In this document: positions 23,398-34,606 of the stretch, one piece after another | Layout: each line of letters opens with the position of its first letter | Numbering within the stretch: position 1 is the first letter of the stretch | Origin: Macrostomum lignano | Lineage: Eukaryota | Direction of reading: 5' to 3' | NCBI GenBank assembly: GCA_002269645.1 | Contig: NIVC01001222.1 | Coordinates: 46,846-110,845, forward strand | DNA length: 64,000 nucleotides | Notes under the pieces: generated by a model | The model's input: only the letters and a program-made list of their open reading frames with translations | Database searches by the model: none | What the model was told of the DNA's origin: nothing | Translations under genes and position numbers: made by a program

Positions 23398-26258
23398 ATG
23401 GCAACCGACGCGTCATCCATCAAAGAAGCCGAGCTGGCCTCAGCAGCCGCTGTGCAAATTCCACCTGCCAGCAATTTCCCGGCGCTAAAGAACGACCTGA
23501 TCCTCCGCGCCGCCCGCCGTCAGCCGGTGCCCCGCGTGCCCGTGTGGCTGATGCGGCAGGCCGGCCGCTACCTGCCAGAGTTCAGGCAGACTCGGTCCAA
23601 GTATGACTTCTTCACAATTTGCCGAACACCCAGCCTGGCTTGCGAGGTCACCCTGCAGCCGATGCGCCGGTTCAACTTGGACGCCGCCATCATCTTCAGC
23701 GACATCCTGGTGGTGCCGCAGGCGCTCGGACTCGAGGTGGTCATGGTTGAGGGCAAAGGCCCGGTGCTGCCGAATCCCATCTCTGAGCCCAGCGACCTGG
23801 ACCGCCTGCGCACTCCTGTTGATGTAGAGAAGGAGCTGGGCTATGTTATGCGGGCGATCACTCTGACCCGACACAGGCTTGATGGTGAGTTGCTCTCAAC
23901 CTTCCTGGTTTCAGTCTATCATCCTCAGGCTTATCTGTCACTCTCAGTTCAGGCTGCTCTGTCACTCTTAGTCCAAGCCGATCTGTCACTCTCAGTCCAA
24001 GCCGATCTGTCACTCTCAGTCCAAGCTGATCTGTCACTCAGTCCAAGCTGATCTGTCACTCCCAGTCCAAGCCGATCTGTCACTCTCAGTCCAAGCCGAT
24101 CTGTCACTCTCATTCCAAGCCGATCTGTCACTCTCAGTCCAAGCCGATCTGTCACTCTCAGTCCAAGCTGATCTGTCACTCTCAGTCCAAGCCGATCTGT
24201 CACTCTCAGTCCAAGCCGATCTGTCACTCTCAGTCCAAGCCGATCTGTCACTCTCAGTCCAAGCCGATCTGTCACTCTCAGTCCAAGCCGATCGGTCACT
24301 CTCAGTCCAAGCTGATCTGTCACTCTCAGTCCAAGCTGATCTGTCACTCTCAGTCCAAGCTGATCTGTCACTGTCAGTCCAAGCCGATCTGTCACTCTCA
24401 GTCCAAGCTGATCTGTCACTCTCAGTCCAAGCTGATCTGTCACTCTCAGTCCAAGCTGATCTGTCACTCTCAGTCCAAGCTGATCTGTCACTGTCAGTCC
24501 AAGCCGATCTGTCACTCTCAGTCCAAGCTGATCTGTCACTCTCAGTCCAAGCCGATCTGTCACTTTCAGTCCAAGCTGATCTGTAACTCACCCTTAATCT
24601 CATTCTGGGCCAGATGTGCAAATCCAATCTCACCCTAAACTGATCTGAATGTCACTTCTACTCCAGTCCAATTTTACTCCAATCCAATTTTACTCTCATT
24701 CTCACTCAATCTAATCTCAATTTCACAAAAATCCATTCTCTGTCTAACATCAGTCTAATCTCACCCTCAATCCAAGCTCACTCTCACCCAAATCTAATCT
24801 CAATCTCACTCCGAATCTAATCTCATTCTCGCCCAAATTAAATCTCACCCAACCCAGGTCAGGCCCCGCTAATCGGTTTCGCCGGTGCCCCCTGGACCCT
24901 GATGGCCTACATGATCGAAGGCGGCAGCTCCACCACCCACGCCAAGAGCAAGCGCTGGCTGTACGCTCATCCGGCAGCCAGCAACCGTCTTCTGGACGCC
25001 ATCACGGATGTTGTCATCGACTTCCTGGTGGCGCAGATCCGCGCCGGCGCCCAGCTGGTGCAACTGTTCGAGTCCCACTGCGGCTCGCTCACTCCCGAGC
25101 TGTTCCGCCGCTACGAGCTGCCTCGCCTGGCTCGAATTGCTGCCGAAACTCGTCGCCGACTAGGCGAAGCCGCCGTACCGATGATCGCGTTCGCCAAGGA
25201 CGGCCATTTCGCATTGGAGATGCTGGCCAAGGACTGCGGATTCGATGTGGTTAGCGTGGACTGGACTATGGAGCCGGCCGAGTGTCGTCGGAGGCTGGGC
25301 AACTGCCCAGTGGCTTTGCAGGGTGAGGGGATAATAATTGCTTATGCCTACAGCTCAGCCGCAGCTATTGCGCGGCGCATTTGAAGGCTGCGTACGGCTG
25401 TTCAGTCCAAGGACTGGGAGAGGGGGGAGAGGGGGTCGCCACACACACCCTCAATTGCTCCAGCTAATGCTGGCGCCCATTTTACAGCTGGGTGAACTGA
25501 AGCAATGCAGAGTTAAGTGTCTTGCTCAAGGATACAAATTGTTACAGTGGGATCAGGAATCGAACCCCCGACCTTCAAGTCGTGAGTTCGACGTTCTAAT
25601 CACTAGGCTAGAACCCTAGGGGATTGAAGCTTGAGAAACTGCACGTTTGTTGTATTGTACAGTCTGCTTCGTATGCATGTGCTTATATAAGCCCAATGTA
25701 CATCATGCACTTCTTATCCCAGCCCAATGTACACACTTCCTACCCCAGCCCAATGTACACACTTCCTACCCCAGCCCAATGTACACACTTCCTACCCCAG
25801 CCCAATGTACACACTTCCTAACCCAGCTCAATGTACATCCTGAACCTCCTACCCCAGCCCAATGTACACCAGGCACTTCCTAACCCAGCCAATGTACATC
25901 ACACACTCCCTACCCCAGCCCAATGTACACCATGCACTTCCTAACCCAGCTCAATGTACATCACAAACTTCCTACCCCAGCCAATCTGTGCCAAGTGAGT
26001 TAACCTTTGCCCTCCCTTAGCTCCTATCTGCCGCACGCATCTGCAGGTAATCTGGATCCGGTGCTGATGGCCTGCACCGATCGCGACCAACTCAACCAGG
26101 AGGTGCACCGCATGCTGCAGGGTTTTGGCACCCGCGGCTACATCTGCAACCTGGGCCACGGCATCTATCCCGATGCCCAGCCCGACACTGTTGGCGCTTT
26201 TATTGACGCGGTCCACCGGCTCTCCGAGTCTGCCGCTGCTGCCGCCGGGGACAAGTGA
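23398..26258 (+). CDS. UROD: Uroporphyrinogen decarboxylase, ~387 aa
   Basis: Exons 23398-23884, 24858-25322, 26047-26258 (phase 1,1; total 1164 nt). [65 protein letters not shown] motifs. Confidence 0.97.
23930..24590. repeat. 24-bp minisatellite (gccgatctgtcactctcagtccaa) in UROD intron 1
   Basis: Tandem units read directly. Confidence 0.95.
25345..25616 (-). mobile_element. tRNA-derived SINE with CORE-like central domain (UROD intron 2)
   Basis: Minus strand: A box tagcctagtgatt, B box ggttcgattcc, then ttgtatccttgagcaagacacttaactctgcattgcttcagttcacccagctgtaaatgg resembling the MIR/CORE consensus; the tail is shared with 5531-5621. Confidence 0.8.
25690..25990. repeat. 26-bp minisatellite (accccagcccaatgtacacacttcct) in UROD intron 2
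   Basis: Tandem units read directly. Confidence 0.92.
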
Positions 26259-26959
26259 CCCCCTCCCCTGCCCCGGTGCCCCCCCTCAAACTCATTAACT
26301 AGGCGCCTGTTCACCTTAAGAAATACTTTGCTTTTGCTATGTACCCAAAAATCCCTCAGGCAATACTCTTAATTATCCCCGATCACTGGGATTTCACAGG
26401 TATTAATTATCCCTAATCTTACCGGGATCCCACAGGTATTAATTATCTTCAATCACCCTGGATCCACCAGGTATTAATTATCCCCAATCCAAAAATCTAC
26501 CAGATATTTATTATCCTCAATCCAAAAATCCCCCAGATACTAGTTATCCCAATAATTAATAGAATATTTCCAATGTCCCGTTAGGAGGGTTGGCAAAAGC
26601 AAATATTTCTAGCCCTATCAAATATTTTAAGCCTACTACTGATAATTAGTAGTCAGTAGTGTTTTTAGTAGTTAATAATTTATGTAATCTGAGACCTGAG
26701 CAGTTGTTTAGATAAAGTGTTTATTTATAGTAGTGTAAAATGGTGACAATCGCTATAATTTATAGTTATTATAAAAAAAGTCTATTATTAATGCAGCGAA
26801 TCTATTATATGTAACCACAATTGTAATCGGATATAGTTTGCTTTACTGTGGTGCATTTCTCTCTTGCTTTGACTCTAATAATAAATACTACTATTATTAG
26901 TGTTATATAGCAAATGCTGGTGTTTTGAAGATGCTGTGTCTTAGAGCCTTCCTTTATCT

Positions 26960-29335
26960 GTTTTCTGAACACTAAGACAGGTTGACTCTAAAACAGGTGG
27001 ACACCGAGACAGGTGGACACTAAGACAGGTAGACTCTGAGACAGGTAGACACGAAGACAGGTAGGCACTAAGACAGGTGGATACTAAGACAGGTAAAAAT
27101 CAAGACAGGGTAGACACTAAGACAGGTGGCCACTAAGACAAGTGAACACTAAAATAGGTTAGCCATCAAGACAGGCAGACAGACACTAAGACAGGGTAGA
27201 CATCAAGACAGGCGGATACTGAGACAGTTAGACATTAAGACAGGTTAGACATCAAGACAGTTAGACGGTCTCTGACTGTTTTTACCCTGGCTGTCCTCTC
27301 TGGCGGCGTTTCTAGGGTTGTGCGCATTCCGATTGGCTTTGTCCAATTTCTAAGGGTCCGCCCCGGAGGGGCTGTGCCCATTACAAATACTAAACCCTAT
27401 TCTTTTTTCTAACCAATAGAATTTCGGCCCTCGGCCTTGGTTTAGGGGGGGGGGGGTGGTGCCCGAAGTGAGTTGGATCTCTGGACTGCAGTGTGGCTAG
27501 GACGGGACTGAGCCCCCCGGTCGTACCCGCCCTGCAGGAAAGAAAATGACCAATTCACAAAGGTGTACGGTAGACCCAGTAGACTGCCAGCCCTGAGGCT
27601 GAGCACCCGGGTTGCAGGTCGGCAAGCTGCCTGCATTAGGGCTATGGTGCTCCTCCTTCTGCCAATCTTTTTTTCTGGGCTGGCATCCCAGCGCTGTTTT
27701 ATCCCTACCTTTGTGCCTTTGTGGCTTTTTATTCTTTTATCCTTTTACCTGGCCATTTAGAAGCCTCCAATCTTCGGAGTTATGAGCTCTGCCCTTGCCT
27801 GGTCCATCTTGCCCTGTCCTCGGGTCCATCTCCTGGCTCCTGCTGAAGGTCCCTGCTTGCGTGTCTCTGGCTCTCATCTCCTGACAGTGGATTGGTGTCC
27901 TGGGAAGGATGTTCGTCTCGTACCGGGGACAACCGGCTGAGTCCGGAGTCCTCTTGCCCTGGGTGCCTCTTCTCCCGACCCCTTGGCCTGGCCCCCAATG
28001 ATGAGCTGGATAGGCGATGCCCTTGGGTTGGTAGCAATAGAGGTGTTGCTATGTCCGCCTAGAGTCTCCCCCTCGGATACAAGCCTTCCAAGCTCACTCC
28101 AAAATAGAGCTGGGTAGTGAAAAGCCTTGAGGCTCGAGACCTGCAGGGACCCTGAACCTTGTATAGGATCGCTCTTGGTAATTAGCTGCCCAGACTCGCT
28201 CCAATAGTTTAAGCCTTTTCCGCAGGTTTGGGAGTAACTCCTCACTCGGACCGCTTTCTTAGTAGTATTCTAAGCTTTTCGCTTTCCAATTTTTCTGCGC
28301 ACTCCCAAAGACTCGCTAGCTGGGGGGGGGGTGGCCTGGGTGGACTCGGTCCTAGCACCGTCCCTGATTCCACTGTTGGTTTGGCGGTGTTTTGTACCGT
28401 AGGCTTGGGTCAATTTCGCCCACCCGCGCTTTGAGCCGGGTCCAATTCCCTTGTCTCGGGGTATCTCGGGCCCTGAACAGCTAATGTCTTGGCCCCTGGT
28501 AGTGCCCCTCGCGGCAGAGCCCTCCCTTGGGCTGATCCGCGGGTAGCTAAGCTTCCCACCCCCGTTTAACAACAACAAGACAGGTGGACACGAAGGCAGG
28601 TAGACACTAAGATACATGTACATGTAGGTGGACACCAAGACAGGTGGACACTAAGACAGGTAGACTCTGAGACAGGTAGACACGAAGACAGGTAGGCACT
28701 AAGACAGGTGGATACTAAGACAGGTAAAAATCAAGACAGGGTAGACACTAAGACAGGTGGCCACTAAGACAAGTGAACACTAAAATAGGTTAGCCATCAA
28801 GACAGGCAGACAGACACTAAGACAGGGTAGACATCAAGACAGGCGGATACTGAGACAGTTAGACATTAAGACAGGTTAGACATCAAGACAGTTAGACATT
28901 AAGACAGGTTAGACATCAAAACAGTTAGACATTAAGACAGAGTAGACATCAAGGTCAAGACAGGCAGACACTAAGACAAGATAGGCATTAAGACAGGCAG
29001 ACACTAAGACAAGATAGGCCTTAAGACAGGCAGACACTAAGACAAGATAGGCATTAAGACAGGCAGACACTAAGACAAGATAGGCCTTAAGACAGGCAGA
29101 CACTAAGACAAGATAGGCCTTAAGACAGGCAGACACTAAGACAAGATAGGCATTAAGACAGGCAGACACTAAGACAAGATAGGCCTTAAGACAGGCAGAC
29201 ACTAAGACAAGATAGGCCTTAAGACAGGCAGACACTAAGACAAGATAGGCATTAAGACAGGCAGACACTCGGACAGGCGGACACTAAGACAGGCAGATAC
29301 TAGGACAGGCAGACACAGACAGGCAAACATTAAGA
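26960..29335. repeat. ~16-bp minisatellite (taagacaggcagacac; 33-bp dimers distally) interrupted by a 1.3-kb GC-rich insert (27267-28576)
   Basis: Array on both sides of the insert; ~270 bp (26995-27266) is repeated almost exactly at 28627-28897. Confidence 0.85.
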
Positions 29336-29398
29336 ATGGGTAGCTAAAAGACCAGTAGACCATCAGCTTTGACTACAAGAGTATCTTTTCTGCATGCC

Positions 29399-32300
29399 AT
29401 GGCCTCAGAGCTGGGGACGCTGAAAAGCTTTCTAATCGCCTCCGTTGCTGTTAACGGCAATAAATCCAGCGAGCACGTGACCGTCCGCTCTCTGCTCGAC
29501 GCTTACAAGCGGCTGTTTGGCAGCCCCATGCCTCTAGGCAAGTTGGGCCACACCAGCCTCGAAAGCCTCATCACTAATGCAATGTCAGACACCTTCCAGC
29601 TGTACAGGTAACATGTGCGATGTGTGCGACTGACATTTTCCTATCTAGGAATCTCGCGGGTTCTGATCTCACGAATCCCAGTCCCATGAAATCCCCACCG
29701 CTATTATCCCCATCCCAAATCCCAAAATCCCCACAGCTATCATCCCAATCCTCAAATCCCGAAATCCCAAAAATCCTACTGCTATTATCCCAATCCCAGA
29801 ATCCCACAGCTATTATCCCTATTTTAAAATCCCCACAGCTACTATCCCAATCCCAAAATCCGACAGCTGTTATCCCAATTCTAAAAACCCTATAGCTATT
29901 ATCCCAATTCTAGAATCCCACAGCTATATTCCCCGATCCCAAAATCCACAGCTATTATCCCAATCCCAAATCTTAAAATCCCACTGCTATTATACCCACC
30001 AGAAACCCTAGAATCCCACAGTTATTATCCTTAATCCAAGAATCCCCACAGCCGTTATCCCAATCCAAATCCCACAGAATGGGATCCGAGCAGTGCGTCC
30101 GCTGTCTGGTGCAGCCAGCCGGACAGAACATAATCGAAATGATACGCAATGAGAAGCAGCCAAAGAAGAAAAAGTCGAAAAATCGTTTTCGCGGCTCGTG
30201 TCGTTATCGTGAAGGCGGCGGCGGCGGCAGTATGGGAGGAGCTAAAAAGTCCAAGAAGTCATCCCAGACTGCTAGCCAGCGGCTGAGCGCTCCGCCGTCG
30301 CTGCCTTCGTCGCACTCGCAGTCTCAGCAGCCGCCCATCGGTTTGTTCAACGTTCGGCATCCTCCAGTGTCCCAACGGCCGCCGCCGCCTCAGGACAGCC
30401 GGAGTCAGTCATCAAGCGGCATTCCAGCCGAGATTCGAGCCCGGGTAGCCGAACTTGCTGCCAGTCATCCCGGCTTTGCCGTCGCTAATTTTGACAATCA
30501 ATTTCTGAAATATTTCGGCACACGACTGCCGTTTAAACAGTTGGGCTTTGCAAATTTGCTAAGCATGATGCAGCGCTTGGAGAGTCTGGGCGATGTTCAG
30601 CTGTTCAACATGCGCAAGGATGTCGTAGTCTTGTCGCCGGGTGCCATGCAGCGAAGTCGAATGTCTCTGGATGATTCAAACAAAGAGAATTCGTTGTTAA
30701 AAAATTCTTCTGCTAGCCGTCCACCGGCCTCTGTTGCTAGGGACGCCGATCCGTTGCTAGGATCGCCTAGCAACCAAAGCAATCCGGTTGCTAGGGACGC
30801 CGATCATTTGTTAGGATCGTCAAGAAACCAATGCAATCCGGTTGCTAGGGATGCCGATTCGTTGCTAGGATCGCCTAGCAACCCAGGTAATCTGGTTGCT
30901 AGCGACGCGGCTGTTCCTCCATCGCTGGTTGTGCACGTGCACCGTCAGTCGCTGGACGGCCGGATGGTGCGCTGGCGAGAGGTGCCGCTCTCCAAGTCGG
31001 CTTTGGTTACCATGACAACCGCTAGTAGCATTGTTGACAGTGACGACGCCAGTAGCAGACGCAGCGACGTGCCGAAAGACTGCGTGTCGCCGCATCACCG
31101 ACTGCCGCTGGGTCTGCGCCAGCTGGCCAGCTCCGACGGTCTCGTCGCCGTCGAGGTGATCTCAGCCGACAGTCTCAACGACCTAGTGCTCAGCGTTCGC
31201 GACTGCCGACTCACCGAGCGACTGGAGCGACTGCCAACCAGCATGGCGGCTTGGCCCGCCGACCGCTGGTGCTGCCTGGCCGCCCGTCACGTGATCCCCG
31301 GCGCCCTGTGCGTAGCCAGGCTGGGCGGTCGGCACCATCGGGCTCGGATTGACCGCCTGTCACCCAATCAGCAGCAGCCGCCGCAGGTTCGCCTTATCGA
31401 CATGGGCGGCATTGTGACTCAGGCCCGAGTGTCGGATCTGTTCTACTTGCCCAGGCAGTTTGCTGACGACACGGCTCCGGCTGTTCTGCTGCACGCAGCT
31501 GTGGCCAATGTGCGCCTGTTCAGCGCCAAGAACGGCGCGGCTGCCGGCTTTATGCGACAGCTGCTGCTGAAGGCCAGCCAAGGCAAGGATGGACCGGTGA
31601 CTGTCCGACTGCCGCCGGGACTCAACAGGGAGCCGCTGGATCAGGTGAGCTGCTGTCTGTGAGCTGTGTCTTCTCACTCCGCAATGGAGTATCTCTGCTG
31701 CTCATCCTTGGGTATCTCAATCTTTTTTCTCATCAGTGTGTTACCCCTTTCTGCAGCTTGTCATCCCAATCCGTCAGTATCTCGCTCTTATATTTTAAGC
31801 TCCCGTCATTGTCTCACCTCATCGTATCAGTATCTCACCCCATATTATCAGTATTTCACCCTATTTCGTCAGTATCTCATCCCATCCTACCAGTATCTCA
31901 CCCTATCTCTTCAGTATGTCACCCTCTCTTATCAGTATCTCACCCTCTTATCACTATCTTACCCCATCCCATCAGTATCTCACTCCATCCCATCAGTATC
32001 TCACCCTATCCCATCAGTATCTCACCCTATCCCATCAGTATCTCACCCCATCCCATCAGTATCTCACCCCATCCTATCAGTATCTCACCCCATCCTATCA
32101 GTATCTCACCCCATCCTATCAGTATCTCACTCCATCCCATCAGTATCTCACTCCATCCCATCAGTATCTCACTCCATCCCATCAGTATCTCACCCTATCC
32201 CATCAGTATCTCACCCTATCCCATCAGTATCTCACCCTATCCCATCAGTATCTCACCCCATCCTATCAGTATCTCACCTCATCCCATCAGTATCTCACCC

Positions 32301-32710
32301 CATCCTATCAGTATCTCACTCCATCCCATCAGTATCTCACTCCATCCCATCAGTATCTCACTCCATCCCATCAGTATCTCACCCTATCCCATCAGTATCT
32401 CACCCTATCCCATCAGTATCTCACCCTATCCCATCAGTATCTCACCTCATCCCATCAGTATCTCACCCCATCCCATCAGTATCTCACCTCATCCCATCAG
32501 TATCTCACCCCATCCCATCAGTATCTCACCCCATCCCATCAGTATCTCACCCCATCCCATCAGTATCTCACCCCATCCTATATCTACCCCCATTTCCTAC
32601 AGTGCCGGGTGCCAGTCGAGTTTGTCTCACCGCCGCTTGCCGATCAGCTCGTCAAGGAAGGCTTCGGTGGGAGCATTCAGGACGCCGCTTTTGTAAGTTT
32701 TCTATGCTAA
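29399..32710 (+). CDS. LOTUS (OST-HTH) x2 + extended Tudor domain protein, TDRD5/Tejas-like (~627 aa; 3' end uncertain)
   Basis: Exons 29399-29607 (AG|gtaaca), 30078-31644 (CAG|gtgagc), 32603-32692 or 32710. LOTUS1 LLDAYKRLFGSPMPLGKLGHTSLESLI; LOTUS2 FDNQFLKYFGTRLPFKQLGFANLLSMM; Tudor PGALCVARLGGRHHRARI..VRLIDMG..LFYLPRQF. Confidence 0.82.
29670..30077. repeat. ~28-bp degenerate minisatellite (cccacagctattatcccaatcccaaaat) in TDRD intron 1
   Basis: The last unit supplies the acceptor aaatcccacag. Confidence 0.88.
31835..32590. repeat. 21-bp minisatellite (cccatcagtatctcaccccat) in TDRD intron 2
   Basis: Tandem units read directly. Confidence 0.95.
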
Positions 32711-32778
32711 TTATTTATTATAATGAGCATAGTTTAACATTACAACTACTTAGGGAAATTCCTTCTGACATGACATCA

Positions 32779-33767
32779 TTTGCTGCGTCGAACCGGAGCA
32801 ACGCAGGCACGTAAAATTAAAGAATAACAAAATAAAAATCAAGTCGCCAGCTCCGGCCGTACAGTCGAGAGCCATCCCGGTGCCAGTTCCCCGGTGCCAT
32901 CTGTTGAAGGTCCTGACGGCGTCGGGGTGATGACGGAATGCTTGAGAGACAAGTTGAGGATGTCTGGCAGTTGATGATTGCCCACTGTCGAGGCTTGATC
33001 AGCGAAACTGGAGAAATTCACAACAGGGCGTCCATAGTCACCTGGTGGCATCTGTTGAAGGTCCTGACGGCGTCGAGGTGATGACGGAATGCTTGAGAGA
33101 CAAGTTGAGGATGTCTGGCAGTTGATGATTGCCCACTGTCGAGGCTTGATCAGCGAAACTGGAGAAATTCACAACAGGGTGTCCATAGTCACCTGGTGGC
33201 ATCTGTTGAAGGTCCTGATGGCGTCGAGGTGATGACGGAATGCTTGAGAGACAAGTTGAGGATGTCTGGCAGTTGATGATTGCCCACTGTCGAGGCTTGA
33301 TCAGCGAAACTGGAGAAATTCACAACAGGGTGTCCATAGTCACCTGGTGGCATCTGTTGAAGGTCCTGACGGCGTCGAGGTGATGACGCAATGCTTGAGA
33401 GACAAGTTGAGGATGTCTGGCAGTTGATGATTGCCCACTGTCGAGGCTTGATCAGCGAAACTGGAGAAATTCACAACAGGGTGTCCATAGTCACCTGGTG
33501 GCATCTGTTGAAGGTCCTGACGGCGTCGAGGTGATGACGCAATGCTTGAGAGACAAGTTGAGGATGTCTGGCAGTTGATGATTGCCCACTGTCGAGGCTT
33601 GATCAGCGAAACTGGAGAAATTCACAACATGGTGTCCATAGTCACCTGGTGGCAGAATCGTTGAATATCTCGACGGTCTGGAGAGCTGGCGACTTGACTC
33701 TTTTTCTGAGAATGTACGCAATAAAAAGTCGTCACATGTCTGCGTTGCTTTGTTCAGACGCAGCAAA
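32779..33767. mobile_element. Foldback/MITE-like element: ~100-bp imperfect inverted arms enclosing five 151-bp tandem units
   Basis: Left tttgctgcgtcgaaccggagcaacgcaggcacgt..tcaagtcgccagctc is mirrored by gagctggcgacttga..acatgtctgcgttgctttgttcagacgcagcaaa; unit starts at 33044, 33195, 33346, 33497, 33648. No TSD seen. Confidence 0.6.
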
Positions 33768-34304
33768 AATACGCCTTAGTATTTTCTTCTATCGACTAAT
33801 TTTCCACACAAATATTCTTATTGCAGCAAACTCTCAAGTCGGATCTGCTTGCTGCATTGCCGCCTGCAAGCTAAACAAAAACATGCGCAAAATTAATCGA
33901 GTTTTTGGTGCTGAACTGCTTGACTAAAACTTACCTTGTCAACCTCTTCTTGTCAGTTAGCTTTGTAATAACCATGGAAACGAATTTAATTTCATGGATT
34001 ATTTATTTTTATCCCTGTTGCTAGATACTACTTGTAACTAGCTAAACGGACAGTAGTATAATAAAAAATAAGACGTCTGCTCCAATTGCAAGTGCAATTT
34101 TCAGTGCAGTGATTATACATTGCATAAGTCACCTGCATTTTAGTTGAGTACTTTACTCACTATTTTCCTGTGTGCTGCTTACAATCTCTCATTCAGAGCC
34201 TATCTCTAACCTGTAGCTTTTTAAATATAGTTGAAGTATTCTTTGTTATTGGAAACTGTCTTTGTCTTTCGTTATTTTGTTTTGTCTTTTTTTTAGATTT
34301 TTAA

Positions 34305-34606
34305 TCTCTCACCTGTGATTTCTAATCTCAGCTGTGGTTTCAAATCTCACCTATGATTTCCAACCTCACCTGTGGTTTCAAATCTCACCTGTGATTTCCA
34401 ATCTCACCTGTGATTTCCAATCTCTCACCTGTGATTTTCAATCTCTCACCTGTGATTTCCAATCTCACCTGTGATTTCCAATCTCTCACCTGTGATTTCC
34501 AATCTCTCACCTGTGATTTCCAATCTCTCACCTGTGATTTCCAATCTCTCACCTGTGATTTCCAATCTCTCACCTGTGATTTCCAATCTTGTACCTGTGA
34601 TTTCCA
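34305..34606. repeat. 21-bp minisatellite (ctcacctgtgatttccaatct) abutting the ORC1 start
   Basis: Tandem units read directly. Confidence 0.92.

Noticed and set aside
23949-24633. TESDRSAW / VTDRLGLR ORFs
   Set aside because: 24-bp array inside UROD intron 1.
25550-25616. tRNA gene
   Set aside because: Has A/B boxes but no complete cloverleaf and continues into a CORE domain; treated as a SINE head.
23398-26258. Bacterial hemE contamination or HGT
   Set aside because: Has phase-consistent spliceosomal introns and eukaryote-type motifs.
31659-32814. SHPIP / HQYLTP ORFs of 264-382 aa
   Set aside because: 21-bp array in TDRD intron 2.
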